This document shows, piece by piece, positions 1 through 12,849 of a stretch of DNA of 64,000 nt. The notes under the pieces were generated by a model. The model was given only the letters and a program-made list of their open reading frames with translations. It made no database searches and had not been told where the DNA came from. The DNA comes from Octopus vulgaris (Eukaryota). The stretch is from the NCBI GenBank assembly GCA_951406725.2, contig OX597818.1, positions 82,956,001-83,020,000 of the forward strand, in the 5' to 3' direction. Every line of letters begins with the position of its first letter. Within the stretch, counting starts at the first letter, position 1. The translations under genes were made by a program, and so were the position numbers.

Positions 1-22
1 CATTTAATACATCTCTCTCTCA

Positions 23-54
<32 letters not shown>

Positions 55-1999
55 CTCTCTCTGTTAATATATCTGAATATATGTCTCTACGTATATAAGA
101 AGGTGGGATGGGTTTATGTCAACCGCGTTCAGTTAATACCATTTATCTCTCTCTTTCTTTCCATTGTATTATCTCGCTCTTTCTATTTTACGTGCGTGCG
201 CATGTATATATGTGTATGTATGTATGTATGTATGTATGTATGTATGTATGTATGTATGTATATGTTTGCCTCCATTATCAAAATGACCTGAAGACAAAAA
301 TGCCATCGCGAAAACAGGCTCAATGCCCAGTAAACCCTGCCAGATTAACAACTACCAAACAGACGCACCAATCGTCCAATTTCGGTTCACAAAGTATATT
401 CTATACTAACACCGTCCAATGAAATAGCACTGATAAGATAGCAAACCCTCTAAATAAAAAATATTTCATTGAAATGTACTTCGCGGCATACACTAGACAA
501 TGATATACTCTCGCACAATAACTAAACATATACACTTATACTAATGGTATCAACAGCTCCCACGAAACAACATTTTAGGATAGTAATCTGTATATTTTAC
601 TTGGCGTGAATATACAGTCACAAAGTGACAATGCAGCGGTATTCACTTTGTGTCAGTATCTCGTGTAGACGAATGATTCTAGATCAGAGCAGCATAATAC
701 GTCTATATGAGATGCTTTCTTAAGTCGAATATCTTAGTATTGTGGCTTTCTTATTGTATATCCATGTTGTATAAGATATGCAGAATGCTATTGTGAACGA
801 ATATTGCGTCTGTTGTTAATAATGAGTTTTTAAATCCGTTTTACACTGTTGCCACTCATAAATATAACCGGTAAACTGGAAATAGCTTCTACGTATTCAC
901 CGTTCGACTCCCAAACGCATAATACGTACTACATTTTACGTAAGTCGAGAAGTTGGTGTTTCTGTAGATGCGTCTCAGATTGTGGGAATAGTTTTCTGTG
1001 TTCTTTTGGTGTGTGTGTTGGTGTGGGGCATGATATTTTACTGTTTGATCGTTATTTCATTTGTTTGTTGGTTTTGGGGATTCCGCTTCATTTTCAGTCG
1101 ATGTTGCAGAGGTAGCAGTATCTTTGGAATCTGGGCGTAGGCCTAGGCATGTATTTGAGTTTATAGGAAACAGAGACAGAGAGGGAGAGGGAGGGTTTAG
1201 TTGGGCGAGCCCCTGGATCTTGTGTGTGTTCGTTGTTATACTTTCTGGTGTTGAAGGTGGTGGCTGTGCATCTGCTGTTGGGGGTATGGCGTTGGTGGTC
1301 TTGCTGTGTTGCTGGTGTTGCTGGTGTTACTCTCGTAACTTATGTTGGTGATCTTCCAGCATTTGTTTATTTTACTGTTTCTGTTGTTGATGTTACCGGG
1401 GTTAGTACCGCTTTTGTTGTTCGCTGATGGTTTTGTTATTGTGGTATTGTTATTGTGGTATTTTGTTATTGTGGTATTTGGTAGTAAGGGTGACTGATAG
1501 TTTTGTTGACGGCAGAATGCTCTCAAGTGACCGGTCTCCCCACACAGGTGGCACCGATGCCTTTTATACTCAAACGTAATATGCAGCCCTACTTCTTCCG
1601 GGATAGGAATGAGGTTTGTGACAGGGAGCCTCGGAATATTTGACGGACATAGATTCATTCTTGAAGAGCACTAAAATTCTTGCAAATTCCTTGGCGCTCG
1701 AGATATAGTGCATTATTTCATTCAGCGCTCCTTCCACGTCTGCTGACTGTCTTCAGCTGACTTGCGTTTATGGATAGATATTTATATGTTACAGTCTTTT
1801 GTGTGTTTCTGCCAACACTTCCTGATAGGCAGGATGACTATGTCAGCCCGTGATGTCTGAAGCATGCTCAGTTTGGCGTCTCGGGATAGCTATGTCTTTT
1901 TTTTAGGGTACCTATCTAATACTTTTCAGTACCTTTATGATCTATTGCTGAGAAAGTAATGCTGTTGATGGTGTTATTCAAGGAGGAAATATTGATTTG

Positions 2000-2204
2000 A
2001 AATTTTGGCACAAGGCTCACAATTTAGGGTGAAAGAATAATTCGATTACCTCGACCCCTAACGCTCAATTGGTGCGTATTTTATCGACTCCTAAGGGATG
2101 AAAGGCATAGTCGACCTCAGTGGAATTTGAACTCAGAACATAAACACGGACGAAATGCTGCTAAGCATTTACCACAGCGTGCTAATGATTCTGTCAATTA
2201 GCCG
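2000..2204 (-). mobile_element. tRNA-derived SINE (family A), diverged copy
   Basis: Reverse complement of family A consensus: B-box GAGTTCAAATTCC and GTCGACT..GCCTTTCATCC core (plus strand ggatgaaaggcatagtcgacctcagtggaatttgaactc). Confidence 0.85.
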
Positions 2205-2228
2205 TATTAAATTCACGTTGAAAATATT

Positions 2229-2437
2229 CTTTTCTATTCTAGGCACAAGGCCCGAAATTTTGGGGGAAGGGGCCAGTCGATTAGATCGACCCCAGTATGC
2301 AACTGGTACTTAATTTATCGATCCCAATATCATAAAAGGCAAAGTCGACCTCCGCGGATTGTGAACTCGGAACATAAAGGCAGACGAAATACTGGTGAGC
2401 GTTTTGCCCAGCCTGTTAACGATTCTGCCAGCTCGCC
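2229..2437 (-). mobile_element. tRNA-derived SINE (family A) with ~24-bp target-site duplication
   Basis: Full-length reverse copy, GGCGAGCTGGCAGAATCGTT head to GGCCTTGTGCCTAGAATAGAAA tail. Flanks tattaaattcacgttgaaaatatt (2205-2228) and tattgaattcacattgaaaatatt (2439-2462) differ at 2 positions. Confidence 0.9.
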
Positions 2438-3029
2438 ATATTGAATTCACATTGAAAATATTGTTACCATTTGTGTTGCCGAAGCTGCTGTTGTTTTTGT
2501 TTCCTTCTATCATAATTTTTATTGGAGTTGTTGGCGGGACCGTGTATGTGGTCGTACTGTTGTCGCTGTTTGTTGATGTCTTTAGTATAGTCAATTTCAT
2601 TGGGATGGGCAGTCAATTACATTTTTGGAATCAAATTCCCACGTTGTGCTGTAACTGTTGCTGCTGCTGCTAGTCGTGATTGCGGTAGTGCGGTCCACTG
2701 GACTTTGATCTTGGTAAATGTTCAGGTTGCCTTCCATTTGCGGTTTGAAGGCGGATAACTTGGACGTTTAATGCAACACGCTATCCAAACTACGTCTGAC
2801 TTCCTCCTCAATAGCATAGCGGACATTGCCGTGTTTGTTTCTAATATTATTCTTTCTACAGGGGCAAAAACAAATCGGCCAACAGCTCTTATGCAACGCT
2901 AGTGTGTCCATTAAGGTTTTCTAAGAATATAAAACAATTAAAAATATTGGAGACATTAAAAAAACAGAAGACAATATGAGCAATACGACATGCGCCCAGC
3001 CAGTACGAATAATAATAATGGTGAGGAAA

Positions 3030-3219
3030 AATAATAATAATAACGACGATAACAGCAACAACAACAACATCAAAAACAACAAGAACAAGAACAAGAACAG
3101 CAGCAACAACAATAATAATAATAATAATAATAATAACAATATTAATAATAATCATAATAATAACAATAATAATAATAATAATAATAATGATAATAATAAT
3201 AATGATAATAATAATAGTA

Positions 3220-3262
<43 letters not shown>

Positions 3263-3316
3263 TAATAATAATAATAATAAGAAGAAGAAGAAGGTGAAGA
3301 AGAGGTAGATGAAGAA

Positions 3317-3347
<31 letters not shown>

Positions 3348-3468
3348 AAGAAGAAGAAGAAGAAGAAGAAGAAGAAGAAGAAGAAGAAGAAGAATGTGAA
3401 GAAGAAGAAAAAGCGATAACAATACAAGTATAAAAACCAGGAGAAAAGAAAACCCTGTTGCTTCCGTA

Positions 3469-3556
<88 letters not shown>

Positions 3557-3570
3557 AAGAAGAAGATGAA
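3030..3570. repeat. Compound (TAA)n/(GAA)n microsatellites
   Basis: Direct reading; two TAA-to-GAA transitions. Confidence 0.95.
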
Positions 3571-3845
3571 GAAGAAGAAAAAGAAGAAGAATTGGAAGAA
3601 GAATATTTAGATTGACAATCATATGCAAGAAAGACAAAGAGAAATGAGTGTTAAAGAAAAAGGAGTAAACAAGAAAATAAATAAATATGCAAGTTTAAAA
3701 TGAATAAGATACAAAAAAAGAGAATATAGGAGAAAGATGAGGCGAATTAGGAAAGGAATGACTTATAAGTAAATAAATAATTCAGCAGATTTTGCGATTG
3801 CCACGACAAATTGGATCTCTTCCGCTAGTTATGTTAACGAAGACG

Positions 3846-3946
3846 AATATATATATATATATATATACATACATATATATATATACATATATATACATAC
3901 ATATATATACATATATATATATAACTATATATATATGTATGTATGC

Positions 3947-3977
<31 letters not shown>

Positions 3978-3992
3978 TATATACATATATAT

Positions 3993-4060
<68 letters not shown>

Positions 4061-4095
4061 TATATATATACATACATATATACATATAACTATAT

Positions 4096-4144
<49 letters not shown>

Positions 4145-4240
4145 CAGAGAATGTGTATTCCCACGCAGGAACAACTAAAAGACACCCACATATATATATG
4201 TGTGTGAGTGTGTGTGTTTTCTCTCTGTTCATGTTTGGAG

Positions 4241-4299
<59 letters not shown>

Positions 4300-4570
4300 G
4301 TGTGTATGTATTTATGTATGTATATGTATATATCCATATATACAAACACACACACATATATATGTATGAGCGTGCGTATGCGTGTGTATACATATATATA
4401 TATGTATAGATACATATATATATATATTATATATATACATATATACATAGTTTTAGATACATATATATATATATATATATTTTATATATACATATATACA
4501 AAGTTATCTAAACATATATACATATGTATGTATATAACGTGCACAGACGTATACACATCTATATATAATC
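3846..4570. repeat. (TA)n/(TACA)n compound microsatellite field
   Basis: Direct reading. Confidence 0.95.
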
Positions 4571-4739
4571 CATGCACATGCAGTTATTATGTGGTGTAGA
4601 GTAGTTCACAAAACGAAAAAAAATAGCAACAGATGATTTTTGTTGTTGTTTCGTTTGGATTACTTTTGTTGTTTTTTAAATCTGTTGTTACTGTTTGAGT
4701 AGCTACTGTTGCTCTTCACTTCATTGGTGTCAGCATTAT

Positions 4740-4984
4740 TCATTGAATGCATATTAACAACACCATCATCACCACAACCACCATCCCTGTAATCATCTTC
4801 ATCATCATCATCATCAGCACTGCCCCTATCACCATCGGCATCATCGTCATCATCAGTTTCGTCCTCATCACTCCGATAATATCTGCCTCTCCCAAAACGA
4901 CATTCTCGTTGCCAACTACACCACATTCGTCACTGCCATTAACAGCCTGAACTCACGCAACCGCCTACCATATCGCCGTCCCAC

Positions 4985-5015
<31 letters not shown>

Positions 5016-5172
5016 CTTCTTCTTCTTCTTCTTCTTCTTCTTCTTCTTCTTCTTCTTCTTCTTCATCTTCTTCTTCTTCTTCTTCATCTTCTTCTTCTTC
5101 TTCTTCTTCTTCTTCTTCTTTGTCGTCGTCTTCTTCATCTTCTTCTTCTTCATATCGCCTTCGTCGTCGTCG

Positions 5173-5221
<49 letters not shown>

Positions 5222-5503
5222 TATCCATAGCGGCCACCACAACCACCTATACAACCACCATTATCATCATCGTCATCATCATCGCGATCTTCGTGATCAT
5301 GATCATGATTATCATCATCATAATCATCGTCTTCATGGTAGTCATGATCATCGTCGCCATCATCTTCTTCTTCTTCATCAACTTCTTCTTTGTCGTCTTC
5401 TTCTTCTTCTTCTTCTTCATCTTCTTCTTCTTCTTCATCTTCTTCTTCTTCTTCATCTTCTTCATCATCATCTTCATCATCATCATCATCATCATCATCT
5501 TCG

Positions 5504-5547
<44 letters not shown>

Positions 5548-5776
5548 TTCTTCTTTGTCGTCGTCTTCTTCTTCTTCTTCTTCTTCTTCTTCATCTTCTT
5601 CTTCTTCTTCATCTTCTTCTTCTTCTTCATCTTCTTCTTCTTCTTCTTCTTCTTCTTCTTCTTTGTCGTCGTCTTCTTCTTCTTCTTCTTCTTCTTCTTC
5701 TTCTTTGTCTTCTTCTTTTTCTTCTTCTGCTCTTCTTCTTCTTCTTCTTCTTCTTCCTCCCCGTCGTCGTCATCAC

Positions 5777-5818
<42 letters not shown>

Positions 5819-6121
5819 TCATCATCATTACCCATAGCGGCCACCACAACCACCTATACAACCACCATTATCATCATCGTCATCATCATCGCGATCTTCG
5901 TGATCATGATCATGATTATCATCATCATAATCATCGTCTTCATGGTAGTCATGATCATCGTCGCCATCAACACCACCCTTATTATCCACACCATCAACAT
6001 CATCATCTGCAACATTATCACTATCTTCATAAACCTCGTCATCATCACCATCATCATCCTCATCATCATCATCATCATCGTCATCATCATCATATCATCA
6101 TCATCATCATCATCATCATCG

Positions 6122-6183
<62 letters not shown>
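4740..6183. repeat. (TTC)n/(ATC)n/(GTC)n triplet low-complexity block containing a 138-bp direct duplication
   Basis: Direct reading; ccatagcggccacc...cgtcgccatca occurs at 5225-5362 and 5832-5969. Confidence 0.95.
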
Positions 6184-6532
6184 GTTTTCACGATTTCCCT
6201 TTTTTTTGTTTTTCTCTGTCCACATCATTGCTTTCATCTATAACGTTGATGTTCATAACGTTATAAAACTTAAGCTTGTTAGTTATTCTATGTTACAGCT
6301 TCTTGTTTTTATCTATTGGTGTTTTGTCTTTGTTTTTTTTTTTTTTTGCCGTTTTTGTTACTTCTGCTGTTTTCATCTTCATTAACATTTAACTTCACTG
6401 ATTGGCTGAAGCGAAGTTACTCTGATCAGAGATTCGTAAGCTACAGGCCATTCTCATTACTGTTACACTTTCTACCAAACACATCAAAAGCCATTACTCG
6501 AAAAAATCTAGCGCTAATATATTTCATAGCAA

Positions 6533-7143
6533 GGCAGCGAGCCGGCAGAAACGTAAGTACGCCGGGCGAAATGCTTAGCGGTATTTCGTCTGCCGTTACG
6601 TTCTGCTTTCAAATTTCGCTGTGTCGACTTTGCCTTTCATCCTTTCGGGGTCGATAAATTAAGTACCAGTTACGCACTGGGGTCGATATAATCGACATAA
6701 TCCGTTTGTCTGTCCTTGTTTGTCTTCTCTGTGTTTAGCCTCTTGTGGGTAGTAAAGAAATAGGTATTTCGTCTGCCGCTAGGTTATGGGTTCAAATTCC
6801 GCCGAGGTCGACTTTGCCTTTTATCCTTTCGGTGTCGATTAAATAAGTACCTGTTACGCATTGGGTTCGATATAATCGACTCAATTCGTTTGTCTGTCCT
6901 TGTTTGTCCGCTCTGTGTGTATTCCCTTGTGGGCAGTAAATAAATAAGTAAAGGCAGCACGCCGGGCGAAAAGCTTTGCAGTATTTCGGCTGTCTTTACT
7001 TTCTGCTGTCAAATTCCGGCGAGGTTGACTTTGTCTTTCAACATCTCGGAATCGATAAATTAAGCACCATTTGCGTACTGGGATCGATCTAATCGAGTGG
7101 TTCCCGTCGCCAAAATTTCGGGCCTTGTGCCCAGAGTAGAAGA
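6533..7143 (+). mobile_element. Composite tandem array of family A SINE (head-body-tailA-body-tailA-body-tailB)
   Basis: Three body units (gtatttcg...ttcaaattcc..cgaggtcgactttgcctttcatcc...gtcgat.taatcga). Two end in the ..ttgtggg.agtaaa.aaata tail, the last in ..aaaatttcgggccttgtgcccagagtaga. Confidence 0.9.
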
Positions 7144-7321
7144 ATATATATTGCACTTTTTTCTAATATCACCTTTATTTTTAACTGTATACATACACAC
7201 TTACACACATGCGCACATACAGACTGGAGGACACCACCCGTACTGGATTGTGTTCTGGTCTCGCAGACTTTAACATAATCTCAGTTATTTTTTTTTATAA
7301 AAATGTAAAAACGGTCATACA

Positions 7322-7631
7322 TTACCTTGGGATTACACCTAGAAATTTTCCTTCCGAAGCACAATTCAAGACAAGGTTGTTTATGGAAGACCAGCAGTCA
7401 CCATACATACCAGCCTCCTCTCTCCACGTCACCGATGTTATCCAAGTGAAAGGTAAAGTCCGATACAGCATGGCACCAGTGACCTCACAACTCATTTCTA
7501 CAGATGAATGAACTGCAGCAACGTGAAAATAATGTGTCTTGTTCAAGAACACAGCACACAAACCTGTCCGGGAATCGAATTCCCTTCCATATTGAAGTGA
7601 GCCCGGCATTTTAACCACTGAACCATGCGCC
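7322..7631 (-). mobile_element. tRNA-derived CORE-type SINE (family C)
   Basis: Minus strand starts GGCGCATGGTTCAGTGGTTAAAATG (A-box), then GAATTCGATTCC (B-box), then TGTGTTCTTGAACAAGACAC (CORE-like). Confidence 0.75.
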
Positions 7632-8919
7632 TTTACTTTGTTCTATACCAGGTGAATTAATTGTAGTTTCTGCAATGAGAGGGCGGAGATTTTAGTTTGC
7701 ATACTTTGCTTTCTCCTCTGGTTACTTTCCTTTTTCTTTTACAACTTTCACGTTTCTCTTCACGTTGTTCTTTTTACTATTATTTTCTCAATATGCTGCG
7801 TTCTTCTGTTTTTGAAAATATATCTAACGTATAAGCAAAAGCCTGAAAGATTGCTTGGAGATGCATTGCGTATTTTGAAAACATGCCGAGTTAAAGTTCC
7901 ATAAATGATTGAGCCTTTCAGTAACTCTTCCGGCTGGGTGCTAAATTCACACACAGACACACACACACACAAATTATTATACTGTGTTTTAGAATTTCGC
8001 TTAGACATTGCGGCACCACTAAGAACCTGCTGCAGAACACAACATGTGTACGTCCTAGAACGAAGTGTTAGCCGAGTATAGAACGGTAATAAGAGAGATG
8101 ACATCTCTCTTATTATATTGATATATATTTTATTCACGAATTAATTTTGAGTGTGTTCAGTGAGCATCAATCGGGGCATCAATTCAATCACAAGGAAACT
8201 AACGCCCTCTAGTACGTGAATTTTATAAGAAAAATTTGTGAACTTTCAAACTTAATTGAAATATTTTCTTCCCTTTTTGGTTTTAATATATGCATGCACT
8301 AATGCGTCGCACATGCATACATCACTCTCTCACTGTAGTGACCACGCTATTAGATGTTGTCACAAAGTTCTTGTCACATCACTGCTCACAATACACTTCC
8401 AAGTCTTTCGTCACTGCGGTAATGTTTTTCATTTTTACCTCAAATCGTTTAACTAAGCCTCTTCGTACCGTCGTAGAGGCCTTTAAAGTGACCTTTTGCA
8501 GTCTCGCATATAACACCCGGAAACTGTTTTGGTCTGCATATTGTGAGTGAACCTTGCGATATGTCTTTTGGTGTTTTTTTAATGAATCTCGGAGGAGACG
8601 ACAGAAATTCCAGAAGAAACGGAAAACTACAAGCAAGAGCACGTAAGATAAAATTAAGTACTTCATTCTCTGCAAAGCGATCAGACAAAATGTGGAAAAT
8701 GTTATAAACTGAAGAAGGTGAGGCAGTCTGCAGAGAAAGAAGTCTAAAAAGTGCTGGAGATACATGGCACTCTACAAGATCAGAGATGACGGCGCTTCAA
8801 AAACAAAGCTGCGTTCAAAGGGGAAATGGAAGACGTTTGCAAATCTTCTACATTAAGCATTTTTAACGCGCACACACACACGCGCGCGCTCAAATACACG
8901 TATCTTTAATTATTTTCTC

Positions 8920-9105
8920 TTATTTGTTTCAGTCATTAGTCTGCGGCAATGCTGGGCCACCGCCTTGGAAATTTTTTTGTTAGTCGAATGAATCGACACC
9001 TGTAATTATTCTATTGGTCACTGTTGCAGAACTGTTGAGCTAGGGGATGCAAACACACCAACACTGGTTTCCAAGCGGCGGCAGGGGGACAAACAGAGAC
9101 ACAAA
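8920..9105 (-). mobile_element. 3' half of CORE-type SINE (family B)
   Basis: tgtttcagtcatt...gcggcaatgctgggccaccgccttg...aaacacaccaacactggtt; same sequence at 10840-10936, 63035-63207 and, in opposite orientation, at 43420-43625, 48860-49085 and 54325-54535. Confidence 0.75.
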
Positions 9106-9125
9106 CCCAGCCCCAGCACTCACAC

Positions 9126-9196
<71 letters not shown>

Positions 9197-9389
9197 GTTG
9201 TTACAGAGGAAAACAAACGCTAAGGGAAGGCAAACATCTCTTTATCAATTATATATCCGTTGCATCGGAAATCTACAATGGCTTCCTAACTCCGTCTCGT
9301 GTATAACCTCGGAGCCCTAGTAATTCGTTACAGCACTTACCTAGCGTACCGAATCGTTTAGATCACCTGTGAACTAAACCCCCATATTT

Positions 9390-9427
<38 letters not shown>

Positions 9428-9531
9428 AACATGGGACGAGAACGTAAAACATCCAAACAGACGATACAAAGAAAACAAGGATGAGTCGTTTGGATTTTTC
9501 TTTCCGCAGTCGAGTTCCAGATTATCTTATC

Positions 9532-9577
<46 letters not shown>

Positions 9578-9589
9578 ACATATACATAT

Positions 9590-10420
9590 CATCTGGTAGA
9601 AACTGACGCTTTCACGATGTTTCTTATAGAACTTTGAAGACAGTGGTTCTTTTTCTTATCTATGCTTGTTTCTGCGATTTTCTGTTTACATTCGGAAGCA
9701 TAACACACGCGTTATCTCTATGATTACTACTAGAATATATATATTGCTTTTTATACATGACTTGCAACTTTAAATTTTCGAATAAAGAACTGGGGTTTTC
9801 TCCACCTTGATAAATTCATTGCTTAACGATCTGATATCCTAATGCTTACCTTCTAGCAATGCCTTTGGCGTTTCTCCTCCTAATGTAGATTCTGTTTAAA
9901 ATAGTTTCTAAAGGATTTCGTCCACTTAGCTGAGAGATAAGAAACCTAGATGCATTCTATTTTTTCACAGGTTCTGAAAACTAAAACAAAACGTAAACCA
10001 TGAATTTAGCCAAAGATTTAGGTTTGTAACATCGATTTGATTGATGATTAACACTTCGGGGACCAGAAATCAGTGAAAGGTGAGATTCACCGATCTCTCA
10101 TTATTGAACATGTATAATGTCATTAGAGTCCACCCAGAGAAATTTTCAGAGCCAGTTTTTGTCAAAAACAACTTCTATACTCATGTTTATTTAATTTAGA
10201 TCCAGACCTCCATTCAGGCAATTGTTCCTTGTCTGCGAAAGAACCTTGAAGACTAGTGTCAACTGTTCGGTACCGAATTATGTTCGGGTTTTGAAATTAA
10301 TGTGATTATTCCATCATATTGATAATGCCGACTAATTGGGAAAGTCGAGAATTTAAGAACTGTCTTTACTGCTAAATCTTATGTGGGAGTACGAATAAAT
10401 ATTAAGCGTTTTGATGTTAA
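9590..10420 (-). mobile_element. Possible highly decayed Penelope-like element
   Basis: Weak residual RT-like peptide (KPKSLAKFMVYVLF, resembling KPxxWxRFxDDxF) and a GAAAGCGTC hammerhead-tail-like motif near 9600-9615. Heavily degraded. Confidence 0.3.
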
Positions 10421-10503
10421 AATACTGTTGCGCGTTTGTACACAGATACCAATACTCACATGCACACACACACACACACACACTGCATTAATATCAAATA
10501 GTG

Positions 10504-10785
10504 AGAATAAGTGTTCAACACCGCATTGTTAGATAAATATTGCTTATTTCTTGACGAACCAGGCTCTACCATTGGTTACATGGTAAGAAATATGTCTTTT
10601 AACACTTATAAACCTTGTGACATGGAACTTAGGTGTTCGTCTCCAAGATGGAGACGTTTCATGTCACAGGCTTGATTATTCCTAACAGATATTTCTCTTA
10701 CCATGGAACCAATGGTAAAGCATGGTTAACCTAAAAATAAAGAATATTTGTACACCGAAGCGTCATTGAGACCCATTCTTATTCT
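10504..10785. repeat. ~280-bp imperfect palindrome (fold-back/MITE-like element)
   Basis: Arms aaccaggctctaccattggttacatggtaag and cttaccatggaaccaatggtaaagcatggtt; tgtgacatggaac and gtttcatgtcaca; perfect central hairpin cgtctcca-aga-tggagacg at 10638-10656. Confidence 0.85.
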
Positions 10786-10793
10786 TCGATACG

Positions 10794-10829
<36 letters not shown>

Positions 10830-10839
10830 TGTTTTCCTC

Positions 10840-10936
10840 TGTTTGTTTCAGCCACTTGACTGCGGGCATGCTGGAGCACTGCCAGAAAGGGTTATTTAGT
10901 TGAAGTAATCAACCGCAGGACTTATTCTTTTTAAGT
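10840..10936 (-). mobile_element. Family B SINE 3' fragment
   Basis: tgtttcagccacttgactgcgggcatgctggagcactgcc...caggacttattc matches family B. Confidence 0.7.
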
Positions 10937-10990
10937 CTAGTAGTAATTATATATACATACATGTGTGTGTGTGTGTAAGTATATATATAT

Positions 10991-11163
<173 letters not shown>

Positions 11164-11317
11164 TCACATATATGTTTGTGTTGCATCTGTCGTCATCCGA
11201 GACTGAGTTGAAATTAAAACAGTTACAGCATCAATGACACTTATTAGACATTCAAAGTCACGCAAAAACTGTCAACTTCACTTAAAAATTTATAATTCAT
11301 TATTTATAAGGCAGCAA

Positions 11318-12300
11318 GGCGGCGAGCTGGCAGAAACGTTAGCACGCCGGGCGAAATGCTTAGCGGTATTTCGTCTGCGTTACGTTGTGAGTTCAAATTC
11401 CGCCGAGGTCGACTTTGCCTTTCATCCTTTCGGGGTCGATAAATTAAGTACCAGTTACGCACTGGGGTCGATGTAATCGACTTAATACCTATGTCTGTCC
11501 TTGTTTGTCCCCTCTGTGTTTAGCCCCTTGTGGGTAATAAAGAAATAGGTATTTCGTCTGTCCTTACGTTCTGAGTTCAAATTCCGCCGAGGTCGACTTT
11601 GCCTGTCATCCTTTCGGGATAGATAGTTTATGTACTAGTTACGCACTAGGGTCCCCTCTATGTTGTCCCCTTGTGGGCAATAAAGAAATAAGAAACGTTA
11701 GCATTCCGGGCGAAATCTTTAGTAGTATTTCGTCTGTTTTTACGTTCTGAGTTCAAATTCAGCCGAGATTGACATTGCCTTTCATCCTTTCGGGGGTCGA
11801 TAAATTAAGTACCATTTGCGTACAGGGGTCGATCTAATCGATTGGCCCTCTCCCCAAAATTTCGGGCCTAGAGTAGAAAAGATAATTTATAAGGCTGCAA
11901 GGCGGCGAGCTGACAGTTTCGTTACCACGCCGGGTGAAATGCTTATCGGTATTTCGTCTGCCGCTACGTTCTGAGTTCAAATTCCGCCGAGGTTCACTTT
12001 GCCTTTCACCCTTCCGGGGTCGATTAAATAAGTACCAGTTGCGCACTGGGGTCAATCCAATCGACTCGTCCCCACCCCAAAAATGTCTAGAGTAGAAAAG
12101 ATTATTTATAAGGCAGCGAGTGAAAAAAATACTCAGCAGCATTTTGTCCGTTGCTACGTTCTGAGCTCAAATTCTCTTCAGGGGGAACTGTAATAGGTAC
12201 CAGTTGATGTAATAGGTACCAGTTGTGCGCTGGATTCGACAGAATCGATTAGATCCCTTCCATGGAAATATTTCAGGCTTGTGCCTATAGTAGAAAGAAT
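11318..12300 (+). mobile_element. Cluster of ~5 family A SINE units (composite array plus stacked monomers)
   Basis: Repeated ggcggcgagctg head, gagttcaaattccgccgaggtcgactttgcctttcatcctttcggggtcgataaattaagtacc body, and both tail types. atttataaggc(a/t)gc recurs at 11302, 11885 and 12104. Confidence 0.92.
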
Positions 12301-12390
12301 GAGATATTATGTATTACAATGTTTCAGTGAAGTTTTCAGAATTTTCGTGTTTTTGAATGGCTATCACTTGACTCCTACATAATAAGATCT

Positions 12391-12720
12391 ATGTATGTAT
12401 GTATGTATGTATGTATGTATGTATGTATGTATGTATGTATGTATGTATGTATGTATGTATGTATGTATGTATGTATGTATGCATGTATGTATGTATGTAT
12501 GTATGTATGTATGTATGTATGTATGTATGTATGTATGTATGTATGTATGTATGTATGTATGTATGTATGTATGCATGTATGTATGTATGTATGTAAGTAT
12601 CTATCTATCTATCTAACTATCTATCTATCTATCTATCTATCTATGTTTCTATCTATCTATCTAATTTTTTGTATATAACTATCAATCTATCTATCTATTA
12701 ATCTATCTATCTGTCTCTCT
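12391..12720. repeat. (TATG)n then (TATC)n tetranucleotide microsatellites
   Basis: Direct reading. Confidence 0.95.
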
Positions 12721-12849
12721 GCCTGCCTATTTATCTAAATATGTACCTCCCTCCTCACACACACAGATAGACACACATACACACATATAAATATACATAT
12801 ATATATGTATATATGTATGTATATATTACAAAATATGTGAGGCTGCATA

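Larger units (their letters stand above)
290..2840 (-). mobile_element. Decayed L1/Tx1-like non-LTR retrotransposon ORF1 region with CCHC zinc knuckle, interrupted by two SINEs
   Basis: Minus-strand ORF 1236-1658 contains ITFEYKRHRCHLCGETGHLRAFC, a CX2CX4HX4C knuckle at 1512-1553 in the F-x-Y context typical of L1/Tx1 ORF1. Outer boundaries are approximate. Confidence 0.5.

Noticed and set aside
2889-6385. Long poly-I/L/K/S/H/YI ORFs (up to 331 aa) as genes
   Set aside because: They are translations of TAA, GAA, TA and ATC microsatellites with no domain content; the same applies to similar ORFs across the window.
9195-9385. Possible fold-back element between TA arrays
   Set aside because: Only short patches of inverted similarity; not supportable by eye.
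11318-11405. tRNA genes at SINE heads
   Set aside because: A/B boxes are present but no proper cloverleaf; the heads are followed by SINE bodies and occur as many diverged copies.
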